From a virus, in the IMG/VR virus record IMGVR_UViG_3300021420_000022, positions 1-64,000 of that record: a DNA stretch of 64,000 bases; one strand, written 5' to 3'. This document shows positions 9,144-19,440 of the stretch, piece after piece (positions within the stretch are counted from its first letter, which is position 1; every line of letters starts with the position of its first letter). Below the pieces are notes generated by a model, which was not told the origin of the DNA, searched no databases, and worked only from the letters and a program-made list of their open reading frames with translations. The position numbers and the translations under genes are program-made.

Positions 9144-11089
9144 ATTGGTTTCCCTGTCGTCGGATTAAATCCTGTAACCCAACCCTTCTTGCCGTTCTGA
9201 TATCGAGGCTCTGCCATCAAATTCCGTTTGTATTCGGATACGGTCTCGCGATAGCCCTTCTGCTGATACGAGCCCATGACATCGCGAATCGACTGAATCG
9301 CTCCGGCAAACTGAGAGTCATTCATGTTAAGATTAATCATGCTGTTCATCTTATGCATGATCTCCGCGCTGAATCGTCCGGTGTGGGCCGCCGTTGCTGC
9401 GCTGCCCTCTAGGGCGATATCGTTGAGAGCGGCCTGCGATGTAGCGTCGCCCAATCCGATGTCGGCCAGTTGTTTTGCCGTCCAACCCTTGATAGGACCG
9501 TTCGGCACGTTCCCGGCTGCTTTAGCCTTCTCCAGAGCGTCCAGAATATGCATCGCTGACGCCGCAAAATCTCCGCGCTGGATTTCGGTCGGAGTCGGCT
9601 TAAGCCCGTTCAGATTTTGAATTGGTATAGGTTGACCGGTTCGTTGATCAACCAACATCTCTTCGGCACCCGGCGTCGTAAGGTTAAGCTTCTTAGTCGG
9701 GTCAAGAGGATCAACGCCAGTCTTAAACAATGCCGTTTGCGCTTTATCAGCGTTCGCAAATTTCTTATCAAACAAATCCTGCTGCTGCTTTGCAATGTTT
9801 TGCCGACCGACAGGAGTGTTCGGATCGAACTCAGCGGCCAACTCTGCCGCCTTCTTTTGCGCCGCTGCCGCAGCCAATGCTGGCGCACCTTCCGTCTCCG
9901 CCGCGATCTGAGCGGCCTTATTCTTCTTCTCCTGCTCAGCCGTGTTCGCCTGAACTTGCGAATGGTACTCGGCCACTTGATCAGAATACGTTTTGAGGTT
10001 GGCCTCCATCTTCGGCACAATCATGTCACGCAATTTAGCTACATCGTCCGGAAGGCCTTCGGCGTTCTTCAAATTGTTAATTTTGGTCTGATACGCAAAG
10101 ACCTGCCGTTGGTTCGCCCCGTCCGCGTTTTGCGGACTCATCGAGTTCGGCTTCGTAGGATCACCCATTTGAAACGGGGGTGTCGAATTCAAATCATTCC
10201 ATGCTGTCGCCGACATGACGCCTTGCTGATGCCGCGTGGCTACAGCGGCACCGCCGATCTCAGGAGCGGCGAGCGACTTCGGAACAGCAATATGGTTCCA
10301 GTTCTCGTCAGTGACCTGACCGCGCTGGTTAGCGATCTCACCAAGATCAACGATAGCCCGAGCTTTCTCTGGATGCTGGTTAACCCAGTCGCTGCTCCAC
10401 TTGTAGACGTTTACCGTGGTCTTCCCGTCCGTACTCGTGGAGGGGTTGATTGTCGCCGAAAGGTTGGCGTGAATCAGACCCTGCGGATCACTCTTCTTCA
10501 CGGCATCGATAGTTCCGATAGCTTGATTATGAAAATCTTGAGTCTTATCGGATGAAGCCCCGGCTATTTTCGGGACGCCCAAGTACTCAAGCATAAGATC
10601 GTAGTCGAGCGCTTGCTGCTGGTATTGCAGCTTAAACAAATCGTTCTGAGACTCCTTCATCTGAGTTTCAGCGGCAATGTTCTTGATGTTTGCCGCAGCT
10701 TGCACGTTAGCGAAGTGCTGCTGCTGACCTTCTTGCGCGCCCTTGACGCCCATACCGAGACCCGCACCGAAGCCTCCGCGACCGGGACCCTTCTGTGACG
10801 CGCCCATTAGACCCCAAATCGCTCCCTGCAAAATACCCTGCCAAGGCCGCGTAGGATTTACAGGAGGCAGCGGCGGAGCTGACGGCATGGGGCCGCCCAT
10901 CGTGAGTCCGGTAGCCGCAGGAACGCCAGCGTTAGGGGGCGTTGCCGCCGTTACTTGACTAGCCGGGTTAGCCGCAATCTCCGCGCCGCGACGCTGCAAA
11001 ACAACGCCGGAGTCCGTAACCTCGGGAGACGTAAGAGGCGAACTGTCCGTGCCACTCAAAACTGGAGCAGAAGAATCTTGAAGTGCCAT
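9116..11089 (-). CDS. Putative DNA-ejection protein (P22 gp20-like position)
   Basis: Q/A-rich coiled coil with a Gly-rich hydrophobic N-terminal segment; synteny. Confidence 0.65.
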   Translation of the reverse strand: MALQDSSAPVLSGTDSSPLTSPEVTDSGVVLQRRGAEIAANPASQVTAATPPNAGVPAATGLTMGGPMPSAPPLPPVNPTRPWQGILQGAIWGLMGASQKGPGRGGFGAGLGMGVKGAQEGQQQHFANVQAAANIKNIAAETQMKESQNDLFKLQYQQQALDYDLMLEYLGVPKIAGASSDKTQDFHNQAIGTIDAVKKSDPQGLIHANLSATINPSTSTDGKTTVNVYKWSSDWVNQHPEKARAIVDLGEIANQRGQVTDENWNHIAVPKSLAAPEIGGAAVATRHQQGVMSATAWNDLNSTPPFQMGDPTKPNSMSPQNADGANQRQVFAYQTKINNLKNAEGLPDDVAKLRDMIVPKMEANLKTYSDQVAEYHSQVQANTAEQEKKNKAAQIAAETEGAPALAAAAAQKKAAELAAEFDPNTPVGRQNIAKQQQDLFDKKFANADKAQTALFKTGVDPLDPTKKLNLTTPGAEEMLVDQRTGQPIPIQNLNGLKPTPTEIQRGDFAASAMHILDALEKAKAAGNVPNGPIKGWTAKQLADIGLGDATSQAALNDIALEGSAATAAHTGRFSAEIMHKMNSMINLNMNDSQFAGAIQSIRDVMGSYQQKGYRETVSEYKRNLMAEPRYQNGKKGWVTGFNPTTGKPIWQPELTQQ

Positions 11090-11105
11090 ATTTCACCCTT
11101 AAACT

Positions 11106-11798
11106 TTAAGCTCCAACGCTTTTGCCGAAGCCACCAAGAAACGCGTTGGCCGCGCCACCAACAAGTCCGCCAATAATCTGACCGACGCCAGGACCGTTGG
11201 CCTGAGTTACCGATTCAGACAGCGGCGCGATGTTGCTAAATCCCTGATTTACTGACGACGAAGCGCTGAGAGGATTGACCTGCGATACACCAGTAAGACC
11301 CGAGATAGCAGCCAAATAATTTTGCTCTTTCAACTGCTGGTTCGCTAGAGTAATTTGATTCTGTTGCTGGGCCTGTTGCTGAGCGCCTTGCTCCGCCGCG
11401 CTCGCCTCGATCATCGTCGAGACTCCGGAAGGTAGAGCCGCCCCGCCGGTGCGGGCCGCTGCCGCGTTCGCGGCAATCTGAGCATTTTTAGTTTGCTGAG
11501 CTACCGTATCAGTCGACAACGTACGCGCTGCAGCCAAATCTGCGTCGCTCATCCCTTTCGGGTTTGTAACTTGAGGCTGCAAATTAGTCTTCAAAAAGTT
11601 CAAAATTCCTTCTTGGTCGTTGTACTGAGCCTGAAACATATTCATGATTTGGTCAGTAACAGTCAGTTGCTTCTGTTCCGCCAGCTGCGCCGTGTCGTCG
11701 CCCTTGCAAAGCATAACCGGCCCGCAGTACTCATACGACGGGCGCGGGAGCCATGTCATCGTCTCAAGATTTAACGTCGGGTTGATCGTTACTCGCAT
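11106..11798 (-). CDS. Putative DNA-transfer protein (P22 gp7-like)
   Basis: YEYCGPVMLCKG processing-site-like N-terminus, Q-rich body, Gly-rich hydrophobic C-terminus. Confidence 0.65.
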   Translation of the reverse strand: MRVTINPTLNLETMTWLPRPSYEYCGPVMLCKGDDTAQLAEQKQLTVTDQIMNMFQAQYNDQEGILNFLKTNLQPQVTNPKGMSDADLAAARTLSTDTVAQQTKNAQIAANAAAARTGGAALPSGVSTMIEASAAEQGAQQQAQQQNQITLANQQLKEQNYLAAISGLTGVSQVNPLSASSSVNQGFSNIAPLSESVTQANGPGVGQIIGGLVGGAANAFLGGFGKSVGA

Positions 11799-12279
11799 TG
11801 TTAGCCTCTAAAAGCTTTACCCAGTCAATCCTAGCACGTTTCTTCATTAGCCATTCGTGCTTTTCAGGATCAAACATCACTTTGACCCAGCCGTGCCGCT
11901 CACAAATGTCTGCAAATCGTTCGATGTTCGTCTGAAAAAATGCTTCCGCGATCCCAGAGTCTCGCATCGCTTGCTGAACTTTCTTATCGATACTGTCGAG
12001 CGCCAAAACAAGCTCCGAATCCGTCAAATTCGGGTCCCGAGCTAGCGATTCGAGAGCAAAAACTGTGTGAACCGGAACCATCGCTATCGTTTTCTCGGAT
12101 TTTTGGACCTCGAACATGCACGCCCGAGGATATCCGATGACAGATCGGTCAAAGTTAGTGCTCTGTTTCTGTAACTCCATCCATTGTGCGAAAAGCTCCG
12201 CGTTTTCTTCAGAAACACGACCCATCGGTAACAAATTTGTTTCAACGTTCCTCATTTCCAACTCCTTCCTATTATGCAA
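11764..12279 (-). CDS. Putative GNAT-fold tail assembly protein (P22 gp14-like position)
   Basis: Lies between nozzle and ejection genes; FADICERHGW resembles GNAT motif B. Confidence 0.5.
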   Translation of the reverse strand: MHNRKELEMRNVETNLLPMGRVSEENAELFAQWMELQKQSTNFDRSVIGYPRACMFEVQKSEKTIAMVPVHTVFALESLARDPNLTDSELVLALDSIDKKVQQAMRDSGIAEAFFQTNIERFADICERHGWVKVMFDPEKHEWLMKKRARIDWVKLLEANNASNDQPDVKS

Positions 12280-12679
12280 GAGATACGCTTTGCGCTGGCG
12301 ATGTACTCAACGGTGTGCTCCCCCAGTTTCCGACCGACTGCACAAAAAATGTGGCCGGAGTATGAGTGCGAGTCACCGTCACCGTTAAAGGGCTAAGCGC
12401 GCCCTCACCCACGACAACAGGATTGGCCGTTCCTAGCCTCAGATAAATCTTAGCTGTCGTAAAAAACACATCGTTCGGATTCATCGTAAAACTAATCGTC
12501 AGTTGTACCTGCGTTGTGCTGATGATTTTTTTACGAATAGCAATATTCGAAACAACTTTCGGCAACCCCTGCGTAGAAGAACCAATCGTATTCAAACCGG
12601 CGGATTTGATCTGGGCCAGCTGATCGGCCACGTCCCCGGGTTGGCGCGGCGGAAGCTTGTTCAAAAAACTGGGCATCAC
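12272..12679 (-). CDS. Hypothetical virion protein with FN3/Ig-like C-terminus
   Basis: Beta-rich, FFVQSVGNWG motif; coupled to the nozzle gene. Confidence 0.6.
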   Translation of the reverse strand: MMPSFLNKLPPRQPGDVADQLAQIKSAGLNTIGSSTQGLPKVVSNIAIRKKIISTTQVQLTISFTMNPNDVFFTTAKIYLRLGTANPVVVGEGALSPLTVTVTRTHTPATFFVQSVGNWGSTPLSTSPAQSVSLA

Positions 12680-15600
12680 TTAACCTCGATAGGCAACTTC
12701 GGCGTAACGCACAACGTCAAGAGCTCGTTCGCTACCGTATCCGTTGAACCGTAGTCCACCTTAACCTGAAGGTGTCTGACCGGTAACGGTACAGCACTTT
12801 GATTTGCACTTATTGGCCATCTCCTAGCCATTATGGTCTGTGATTGCACCAGTTGAGCGGGTTCGTTCTGCACCAACGGCAGAACCGTAAACGGCGCGAC
12901 TGCAAGACCGGGAGCATTAATCTCGTTCGGCAGCCACGATACTGTCGGAACACTACCGATCAATGCTGAGTATGCGCTGATGAACTCTATCGGAACCAGA
13001 TTCTGCGTCGGCTCGCTCATTATGATATTGCCGATAATAATGCTCATCGGATAACTGTTCCCATTATCCTGAAAGGTTGTTGCGGCAAAATTCCGAACAT
13101 AAATGAAATCGTTCGCCACGTTAGAAGCGAGCAACAACGACCATACTCCGGGTGCGGTTTCCACCGACGATATAACTCCGGCGTGCGGAAGACCGCTGAG
13201 CAAGGGTTGATATACGGGAGAAAAATTATTGACGTTGATCCCGTAGCGCAACAAGGAGTCCGTGCCGTTACTGATCCAGATTCCCGCGTCATAACCATTA
13301 CGATGAACCGTAATTGACGAATTACTCGGAAGCCAAGGACTCGCTTGGACAATGGTGCTACCCCAGCCATTCAAAAGAACGTTCCCTATTGGACTTACAG
13401 GGTTTCCACCTAGCTCTTGTTTCTGACCGGCCTGAATCTCAAAAAATTGTGATCCTGCCGTGTACGCAAGCAGTGTGTCTCCGTCCTGCTCGAGACAATT
13501 CGGCGTAAGAACTCCGATATGTGTCAAATACTTGTCCGGATAGAACGCGGTCGTCTGCGGGCCGCCTTGGATCGACCAAAACATATCCGCTACAGCAACA
13601 ACGACGCCACCGGTGATGACACGCAAGCCCGTGACGTTGCCGGGGAACGTAAAGGAATACGCAGGAGGAAAACACGACTCCGGAATCCCATTCAAGGTGT
13701 CTGGTCCTGCCGAAAAGTAAACCTTGTTGCCAACCGCCATCCAGATGCGTCCGTTCCAATACACGATCATCTTGCCGCCAGTCATAACGGTCGATCCAGT
13801 TTGACCCGGCGGTGTGTCGTTCAAATGACTGAGCGGAGCAATCAGCGAGGTGATCAATTGGGAGTCTGGCACCGCGTCGACAAAAGTCCATGTCGAGACC
13901 GACGCAAAAATTTCTTCGGTAACGTCGTTGATGGAGAACGTGTAAGTGCCCGCTGTCCCGACACCAACAGTAACAGTAAGTTGTACTCCGAATCCCGAGT
14001 TATTAAAATTGAAATAGTTCCACGGCAGACCCCACGTATCAGCGCTCCCGCCGAGCGTGTACGGCGCATCGCTAGTAGTTAGATTGGGGGTAGTCTTCTT
14101 GTTGCCTATCGGAGCTCCGTTGCGAAGAAGCTGCGCAGTTACCGTGCAGGGGGCGTTCGTGCTCGATGTCTTCGCGTGAAACGCCGTCTGAATTCCTGTG
14201 ATCACCCCGAACGGGACGTTCAAACCAAATGTCGTTGCGTTCAACGGGCCGCTGCTTCCCAAAACGGCGACTTTAAATGCGACCGTGACACCGTTCAGGG
14301 CCGTGCCACTCAGGGTCCAATTCGGATTATATGTTCCGGTGCTACTAACCTGTTGGAAAGCATCGGCGATACCGTAGACTGATCCATTTTCCTGAGTAGT
14401 TATACTACCCAAACTTGTGTTGCTCGCGGGCACAGTAAAGGATGGCGACGCGTCCGCAAGTAAAAACGTACAGATTGCATCGTTGGCGGTCGTCGTCGTG
14501 ACTGATCCCGTCGCAGTGCTGGCGCTGCTTGAAGCCGGAGAGCCGGAGTCCTGTTGTGGGGCGCTCCCTATGATACCGAAAACTTCTTGCACAAGAAGTA
14601 GCAAGCCTCCGGTGCCGCCAGAGTGAGAATTCGCTGTGATCGTCGGAGCCGTAGTCGCCGGATTGTAGCATGCGAACACAGCCATAGTCCCAGATGCCGC
14701 AAGTTGAGTGTAGGTTCCGCTTTGGTTACTTGAAATTGTCGGAACCCCGTCAACGCCCTGCACGCAAACGATAATCGCGTTTCCAGATGTAATCGTACCG
14801 AGAGTCGCAGTGCAGGAAGTTGGCGCGCCGTTGGCCGGGGTGTAATAAATGGTTAGCCGAATAGTCTCAATAGTCGGTGTAACCGATGATACCCCTCCAG
14901 TACGCTTAGCTTGAATTCGAAGGCCAAAAGAACTGGCGTTCACAATCGACGGAGTTAAGCTCATCCCCCACAAATCGTTACTCGCGCCATAAGTTGCCTG
15001 ACCAAAAGAGCCGACAGGCCAGTTGGCCGAGCTAGCTTTGTTACTGCTAAATGTTCCACCGGTGCTTGTAAAAAGCTCAATAGTGTTGTCAACGACGAAA
15101 ATGCCAGAAATGTTGCTCTCTCTAAAAAACGACGCAACCACCCCGTTTATTGTTGCAGTTGAGGGTATGGCAAATCCGAAGTTCGAAAAATCTGCGTTCT
15201 GCGTAAAAAGATGTGTTCCGTCCGGAGAACTGATCCATGTCGATCCAGATACCGTCCATGCGGTCTGAGAGCCGCCGCTGTCGCTGACAAATGTGGACGG
15301 CGCTGTCGCTCCCGTGTTTGTCTGACTGCCTGTTACATATTGTGCTGATCCTGACGCGCCTTGAACTTTTGCAAAGGTGACCGCGCCGCTGCCTTCCGTA
15401 ACCCCGATAGTGGCATAGGATGCGCCGGTTTGAGTGACGTTATTTGGCGTCGTCCACGATCCGCCAGTGCCGAGACCCGCAATTACCGCGCCAGAATCGT
15501 AAACACTCGGGGACGGGTTCGACACCGCACCGTCAAAATAATAAATTCCGCCGCCGTCGTCAACTCGGTAAATCTCTATCGCATTAAATGTCGCAGTTCC

Positions 15601-17121
15601 AGAATCGCTGGACGGGCCGTAGTTCGTGGCGGTAAAGTTAAATGTGAATTGCGTGTTCGAGGCAGACGTGACCTGAACTTGAGAACCGTTAAGGAACGAC
15701 GCGCCTGTCAAGCCAGCTATCGTTACCCAAATGCCGGGAGAAAAAATTGCGCTCGCTGGAGAGTAGCCGCTTACCAGACAAGTCACAACGTTGTTGTTCA
15801 CGCCGACGTTAGAGATCGTCGCAACGCTATTGCACAACGGATTCTGAGCCCCAGATGAAGTCAGAGCGCCCTCACCGATCAGTGTCGTTATCGCGTTCAG
15901 AGTATAACCTGAGTCGGAGATGGTTGTTCCGGTATTCTGCCCAGCGTTAGCGGCAGCGTTGATTTGTGCCTGAGTCAAGTTCGCTTTAAAAACTGACGTA
16001 CTTAAGCCCGAGGACAGCACCGTAAACGCCGAGTTGTTCAAATACGGCGCGTTCGTCATACCCTGCACTTGGAACACAGCGCCCGCAACGTAGTTGTTCA
16101 CACCAGTGAAAGTCACAACGCCAGAAGATATTGAGAACGCGGTGACGCTGACGCGCTGTGGCCCGAGGATCGGCCCGGTGAAATTTGAAGGCTGGCTCGC
16201 AGTGCTCAGTTCACCGTAATACGTGCGATAGGCGTAAACCCATGAGTATCCGGAAAATGCCAGAGGGGAGCCGTAGCCGTAGTTCGTCCATGTTACGCCG
16301 GAGTCTGTCGTTGTACTTCCGACGCCGGTGGACCAAACAGGAATCGTAGTTCCTGATGTTCCCGGCGTGGTAGCGATCTCAATGTTGCCGTTCGTATCTA
16401 AGATGACCGCATCTTTGGCAAACGCTGTACTTGCTATCCAGTTCCCAATAGAACCGCAATTGAGCCACGTGATGTTGCCGTCCAGCGTACTAGAAAGTAT
16501 TGGCGTGGGCCATTGAGGCTCAAGAACTCCCGACGTGGTATTCGCGCCAGCCGTGAGCAACTCGACGTTGCCGTTCGTGTCTTCGAGAATCGAATTGGTC
16601 GCATAGGGAATGACTGACTTCCAGAAAACTCCTGTAGTCAGAACTGGGGCGACAGTTGGCGCAGCAATGCCCCAAGCGGAAACGTTGCCGAGGTTATCGA
16701 TCTTGATCGCGTCAACGCCGTCAGCATAATAAGTCATGTTGCCGACTTGAGCGATATGACCTTGGTTCGGAGTGCCTTTAACCAACTTAGACGTTAACGC
16801 TGACGGAGTCACTGTGTAGAGGTTTTGATTTGTGTCCGCGTAAATGGTGATGTTCTCGTTCAGGTCCCGCGTGCCGTAGAACTGATTGACGATCTCGTTC
16901 ACAGCAAGTTGCTGGGTGCAGTACTTCACGAACGGTGGACGGCGACGGACTGTCAACTGGTCTGTATACTCGCAGTTGATGCCGTCCCATGCCATGTCAT
17001 GAAATTGAACGGGATTTATTCCGATAAAGGTCAACGCAGAGTACAGCGGCTGACGATTCGGCACCCATCCCCGAGCGAAGAACGAAACTGTTATCGGCTC
17101 AGGCACTCGCGTTGCTGGCAA
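12676..17121 (-). CDS. Tail nozzle / packaged-DNA stabilization protein (P22 gp10-like) with multiple inserted adhesion domains
   Basis: TTG start with SD AAGGTG; beta-propeller-like termini (WNGRIWMAVGNKVYFS); internal CBM5/12-like, FCCH-like and lectin-like insertions. Confidence 0.75.
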   Translation of the reverse strand: MPATRVPEPITVSFFARGWVPNRQPLYSALTFIGINPVQFHDMAWDGINCEYTDQLTVRRRPPFVKYCTQQLAVNEIVNQFYGTRDLNENITIYADTNQNLYTVTPSALTSKLVKGTPNQGHIAQVGNMTYYADGVDAIKIDNLGNVSAWGIAAPTVAPVLTTGVFWKSVIPYATNSILEDTNGNVELLTAGANTTSGVLEPQWPTPILSSTLDGNITWLNCGSIGNWIASTAFAKDAVILDTNGNIEIATTPGTSGTTIPVWSTGVGSTTTDSGVTWTNYGYGSPLAFSGYSWVYAYRTYYGELSTASQPSNFTGPILGPQRVSVTAFSISSGVVTFTGVNNYVAGAVFQVQGMTNAPYLNNSAFTVLSSGLSTSVFKANLTQAQINAAANAGQNTGTTISDSGYTLNAITTLIGEGALTSSGAQNPLCNSVATISNVGVNNNVVTCLVSGYSPASAIFSPGIWVTIAGLTGASFLNGSQVQVTSASNTQFTFNFTATNYGPSSDSGTATFNAIEIYRVDDGGGIYYFDGAVSNPSPSVYDSGAVIAGLGTGGSWTTPNNVTQTGASYATIGVTEGSGAVTFAKVQGASGSAQYVTGSQTNTGATAPSTFVSDSGGSQTAWTVSGSTWISSPDGTHLFTQNADFSNFGFAIPSTATINGVVASFFRESNISGIFVVDNTIELFTSTGGTFSSNKASSANWPVGSFGQATYGASNDLWGMSLTPSIVNASSFGLRIQAKRTGGVSSVTPTIETIRLTIYYTPANGAPTSCTATLGTITSGNAIIVCVQGVDGVPTISSNQSGTYTQLAASGTMAVFACYNPATTAPTITANSHSGGTGGLLLLVQEVFGIIGSAPQQDSGSPASSSASTATGSVTTTTANDAICTFLLADASPSFTVPASNTSLGSITTQENGSVYGIADAFQQVSSTGTYNPNWTLSGTALNGVTVAFKVAVLGSSGPLNATTFGLNVPFGVITGIQTAFHAKTSSTNAPCTVTAQLLRNGAPIGNKKTTPNLTTSDAPYTLGGSADTWGLPWNYFNFNNSGFGVQLTVTVGVGTAGTYTFSINDVTEEIFASVSTWTFVDAVPDSQLITSLIAPLSHLNDTPPGQTGSTVMTGGKMIVYWNGRIWMAVGNKVYFSAGPDTLNGIPESCFPPAYSFTFPGNVTGLRVITGGVVVAVADMFWSIQGGPQTTAFYPDKYLTHIGVLTPNCLEQDGDTLLAYTAGSQFFEIQAGQKQELGGNPVSPIGNVLLNGWGSTIVQASPWLPSNSSITVHRNGYDAGIWISNGTDSLLRYGINVNNFSPVYQPLLSGLPHAGVISSVETAPGVWSLLLASNVANDFIYVRNFAATTFQDNGNSYPMSIIIGNIIMSEPTQNLVPIEFISAYSALIGSVPTVSWLPNEINAPGLAVAPFTVLPLVQNEPAQLVQSQTIMARRWPISANQSAVPLPVRHLQVKVDYGSTDTVANELLTLCVTPKLPIEVK

Positions 17122-17130
17122 GAGATCACC

Positions 17131-17427
17131 TTAAATTACGTGACGAAGATCGTCGTTCATGTAACGCGGAGCTGGCCGCTTGTTCGGACGGCAGTAATCA
17201 GGGCCGTTGTTCCAATCGTGGCCTTCCGTAGGTTCAGTGGAGTTTATCCAACCGTCTTCCTGCCCAACGTCTTCCATGCGCATAGTTGAAACCGATCCGT
17301 CTTCTCGTGAAACCTCAGGAATCGGAGGAGGTGTAGGAAAACTGTCGTCGACGTTCTCAACCTGCGTCTGCGGGCCGATCTGACCCCCAAAATCAACAGG
17401 GCCTTTGTCTGTAATTTTTTCAATCAT
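17131..17427 (-). CDS. Hypothetical protein
   Basis: SD AAGGAG; coupled with neighbours. Confidence 0.65.
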   Translation of the reverse strand: MIEKITDKGPVDFGGQIGPQTQVENVDDSFPTPPPIPEVSREDGSVSTMRMEDVGQEDGWINSTEPTEGHDWNNGPDYCRPNKRPAPRYMNDDLRHVI

Positions 17428-17753
17428 GACAAGCTCCTTAGTTTCGCCGAGGTCGCGGGCAAAAAGTCGGCGTCACGCAGGCCGACCGGAATGCCGTCTG
17501 CCGCACCGCTGTCGCTACAGCCGGGTGCTAGAAATCCGTCGGGACGTGGGCCGATGAGGGGCGCGCCTTCCCGGCCAGCTGTGACCAGCTCAGCGCCTTC
17601 GCGGAGTTCTTCGGCGTAACTACGAGCGTACTGAGTCTCGGAGTCGTGCGAGCTCGCCTGAACGGTCGCGGTGCCGATAGGCTTCGTCTTCAATACAGTT
17701 AGATGTTCAGCGGCTTCGCAACATCCTCGCGAGCCAGCTTTATCGAAATTCAT
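17424..17753 (-). CDS. Hypothetical protein
   Basis: SD AAGGAG; TAATG coupling. Confidence 0.65.
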   Translation of the reverse strand: MNFDKAGSRGCCEAAEHLTVLKTKPIGTATVQASSHDSETQYARSYAEELREGAELVTAGREGAPLIGPRPDGFLAPGCSDSGAADGIPVGLRDADFLPATSAKLRSLS

Positions 17754-18070
17754 TATCGTCTCCTTAATCTTGAAACAACTGGAGGAACCTCGCGAACCGC
17801 AGCCTGACCCTTCAGCCAGCCGTTCATTTCCGCTTGACCCTCGATGATCTTTCCCAAAAGTTCGGTTTGTTTGACAGACTCTGCCTCGATATGGGCAAGA
17901 TGATTTTCCGCCTGAACCTTAGTGGACGTTTCTATGTTCGCGAGACGCCCTTTGACTTCATCCCATTCGTCCATAAGACGACCCCCAAAATATTTTGCGA
18001 GCCATCCGAGGCCGCCTAACAGGGCCGTTACAACTGCGTGTGGTAAATAGTGCAACTCTGGGGTGATCAT
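17753..18070 (-). CDS. Membrane-anchored coiled-coil protein (holin/XhlA-like)
   Basis: One N-terminal TM helix followed by a coiled coil; SD-supported ATG at 18070. Confidence 0.55.
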   Translation of the reverse strand: MITPELHYLPHAVVTALLGGLGWLAKYFGGRLMDEWDEVKGRLANIETSTKVQAENHLAHIEAESVKQTELLGKIIEGQAEMNGWLKGQAAVREVPPVVSRLRRR

Positions 18071-18175
18071 TGGTTCCCTTATTGCCACTTCCATCCGCAA
18101 CGGCACTCAACGGTGCCGTCATGATTTCGTGGTTTAGTTAAAATCGCTCTACAGCAGGGACAAGTCCGCTGCCAG

Positions 18176-18841
18176 TTAACTGATCTCTTCGTCATCCTCG
18201 TCGAGGCTCGAAATAACCATACCGTCCCATCTGCCGTTCACGAAGTAAAGCATCACGAGCCCGGCCTCCTTGACATCCAGAGCGTTCCTGTCGCCCTTCA
18301 CCAGATCGCCAAGACGACGAAAACAGGACCCTGAAAAGATATCGAGAACCGGTCCTTTGATCTTTCCGCTTTCGATGCCTTTCATTTGTTTCTTCACAAA
18401 AACATCGAACCGTTTAGTGAACTCGGCGTAGCTCTCGCCGTCCGGAGCGTGCATCTCTGGATTCTGCATCAAATGCTTGACGGTCTTCTTTCGATCTGGG
18501 GTCTTCTTATCGCCACCGATAGTTCCCAGATTCCATGTCTTCATGTCGTTATTGATAGTGACTTTCGGATCGGTGGGCAACCCAGATTTAACAAGGTCGG
18601 CAGTGCCGCTCGTCCGTTTAAAGTCGCAAGAGAAAATCTCCGTGATTGACAGAGTTTGCAGATAGTTCGATAGGGTTGCTACGACGCCCTGCACGCCCTC
18701 ATCAGACAAGTGCGCATCAACCCAACTGTCGCAGCGCTGCGCCACATCGAGCGGTGTCTCTCCATGACGCATACAATAGATGACTTTCGACGTATCGATC
18801 ATCGACTTGTCGAGCATCGAAACTTTTCGAAGTTCCGACAT
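18176..18841 (-). CDS. Histidine phosphatase (phosphoglycerate mutase family)
   Basis: RHGET catalytic motif, SCDFKRT and GESY motifs; start position uncertain. Confidence 0.85.
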   Translation of the reverse strand: MSELRKVSMLDKSMIDTSKVIYCMRHGETPLDVAQRCDSWVDAHLSDEGVQGVVATLSNYLQTLSITEIFSCDFKRTSGTADLVKSGLPTDPKVTINNDMKTWNLGTIGGDKKTPDRKKTVKHLMQNPEMHAPDGESYAEFTKRFDVFVKKQMKGIESGKIKGPVLDIFSGSCFRRLGDLVKGDRNALDVKEAGLVMLYFVNGRWDGMVISSLDEDDEEIS

Positions 18842-18915
18842 CCCTTCCATAGTGCTACTGTCGGAAAGAATCTCAGGTTTGAGGGCTTGTTTCACGCGAA
18901 GTGTGTCTAACACGA

Positions 18916-19434
18916 CTAATACCTCTTCAAATATGCGAGAGCCATCTCAAGCATTTTAATATCGTCCTTGAACATTCCTAGCGCGGCGTTGCACTTTCGA
19001 TGAACGAACGCTCGTAAATCCTTAGTCTTGTGATTGTGGTCTAGAACCGGATCAAGAGCGTCGTGGCCCTTAACGACTTTATTCATCGGCTGAAAACATA
19101 GGCCGCAAAGATCGCCTTGCGTAGTCCTGCGCTCTTCGTACCCCTCAACAGAGAGCCCGAACTGATTTTTAATTTTTCGCGCTCGAACGTTTTTTCGAAT
19201 CTGGTCGCCGCGCCTCTCATAATCTTGCTGATAGGTTTCTTTATACTTATCTGTTTCGTGATATCTTTGTTGAGCTTCAGCATGCTTACCAGATCGACGG
19301 TATTCCTCTTGGCCTCCATACTCATGATCCCGCCTATACGCAGTCCAGCAGGAGTTGCACAACTTCATACCGCGTTTCTTACTCTTGGAGAATTCAGAAG
19401 GCTCTCCTTCGAACTCACATTTCAAGCATTTCAT
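18916..19434 (-). CDS. Endonuclease VII-like HNH homing endonuclease
   Basis: CxxC N-terminus; CGLC...VLDHNHKT...RAFVHRKCNAALG signature; AT-richer insert. Confidence 0.85.
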   Translation of the reverse strand: MKCLKCEFEGEPSEFSKSKKRGMKLCNSCWTAYRRDHEYGGQEEYRRSGKHAEAQQRYHETDKYKETYQQDYERRGDQIRKNVRARKIKNQFGLSVEGYEERRTTQGDLCGLCFQPMNKVVKGHDALDPVLDHNHKTKDLRAFVHRKCNAALGMFKDDIKMLEMALAYLKRY

Positions 19435-19440
19435 AATTTT

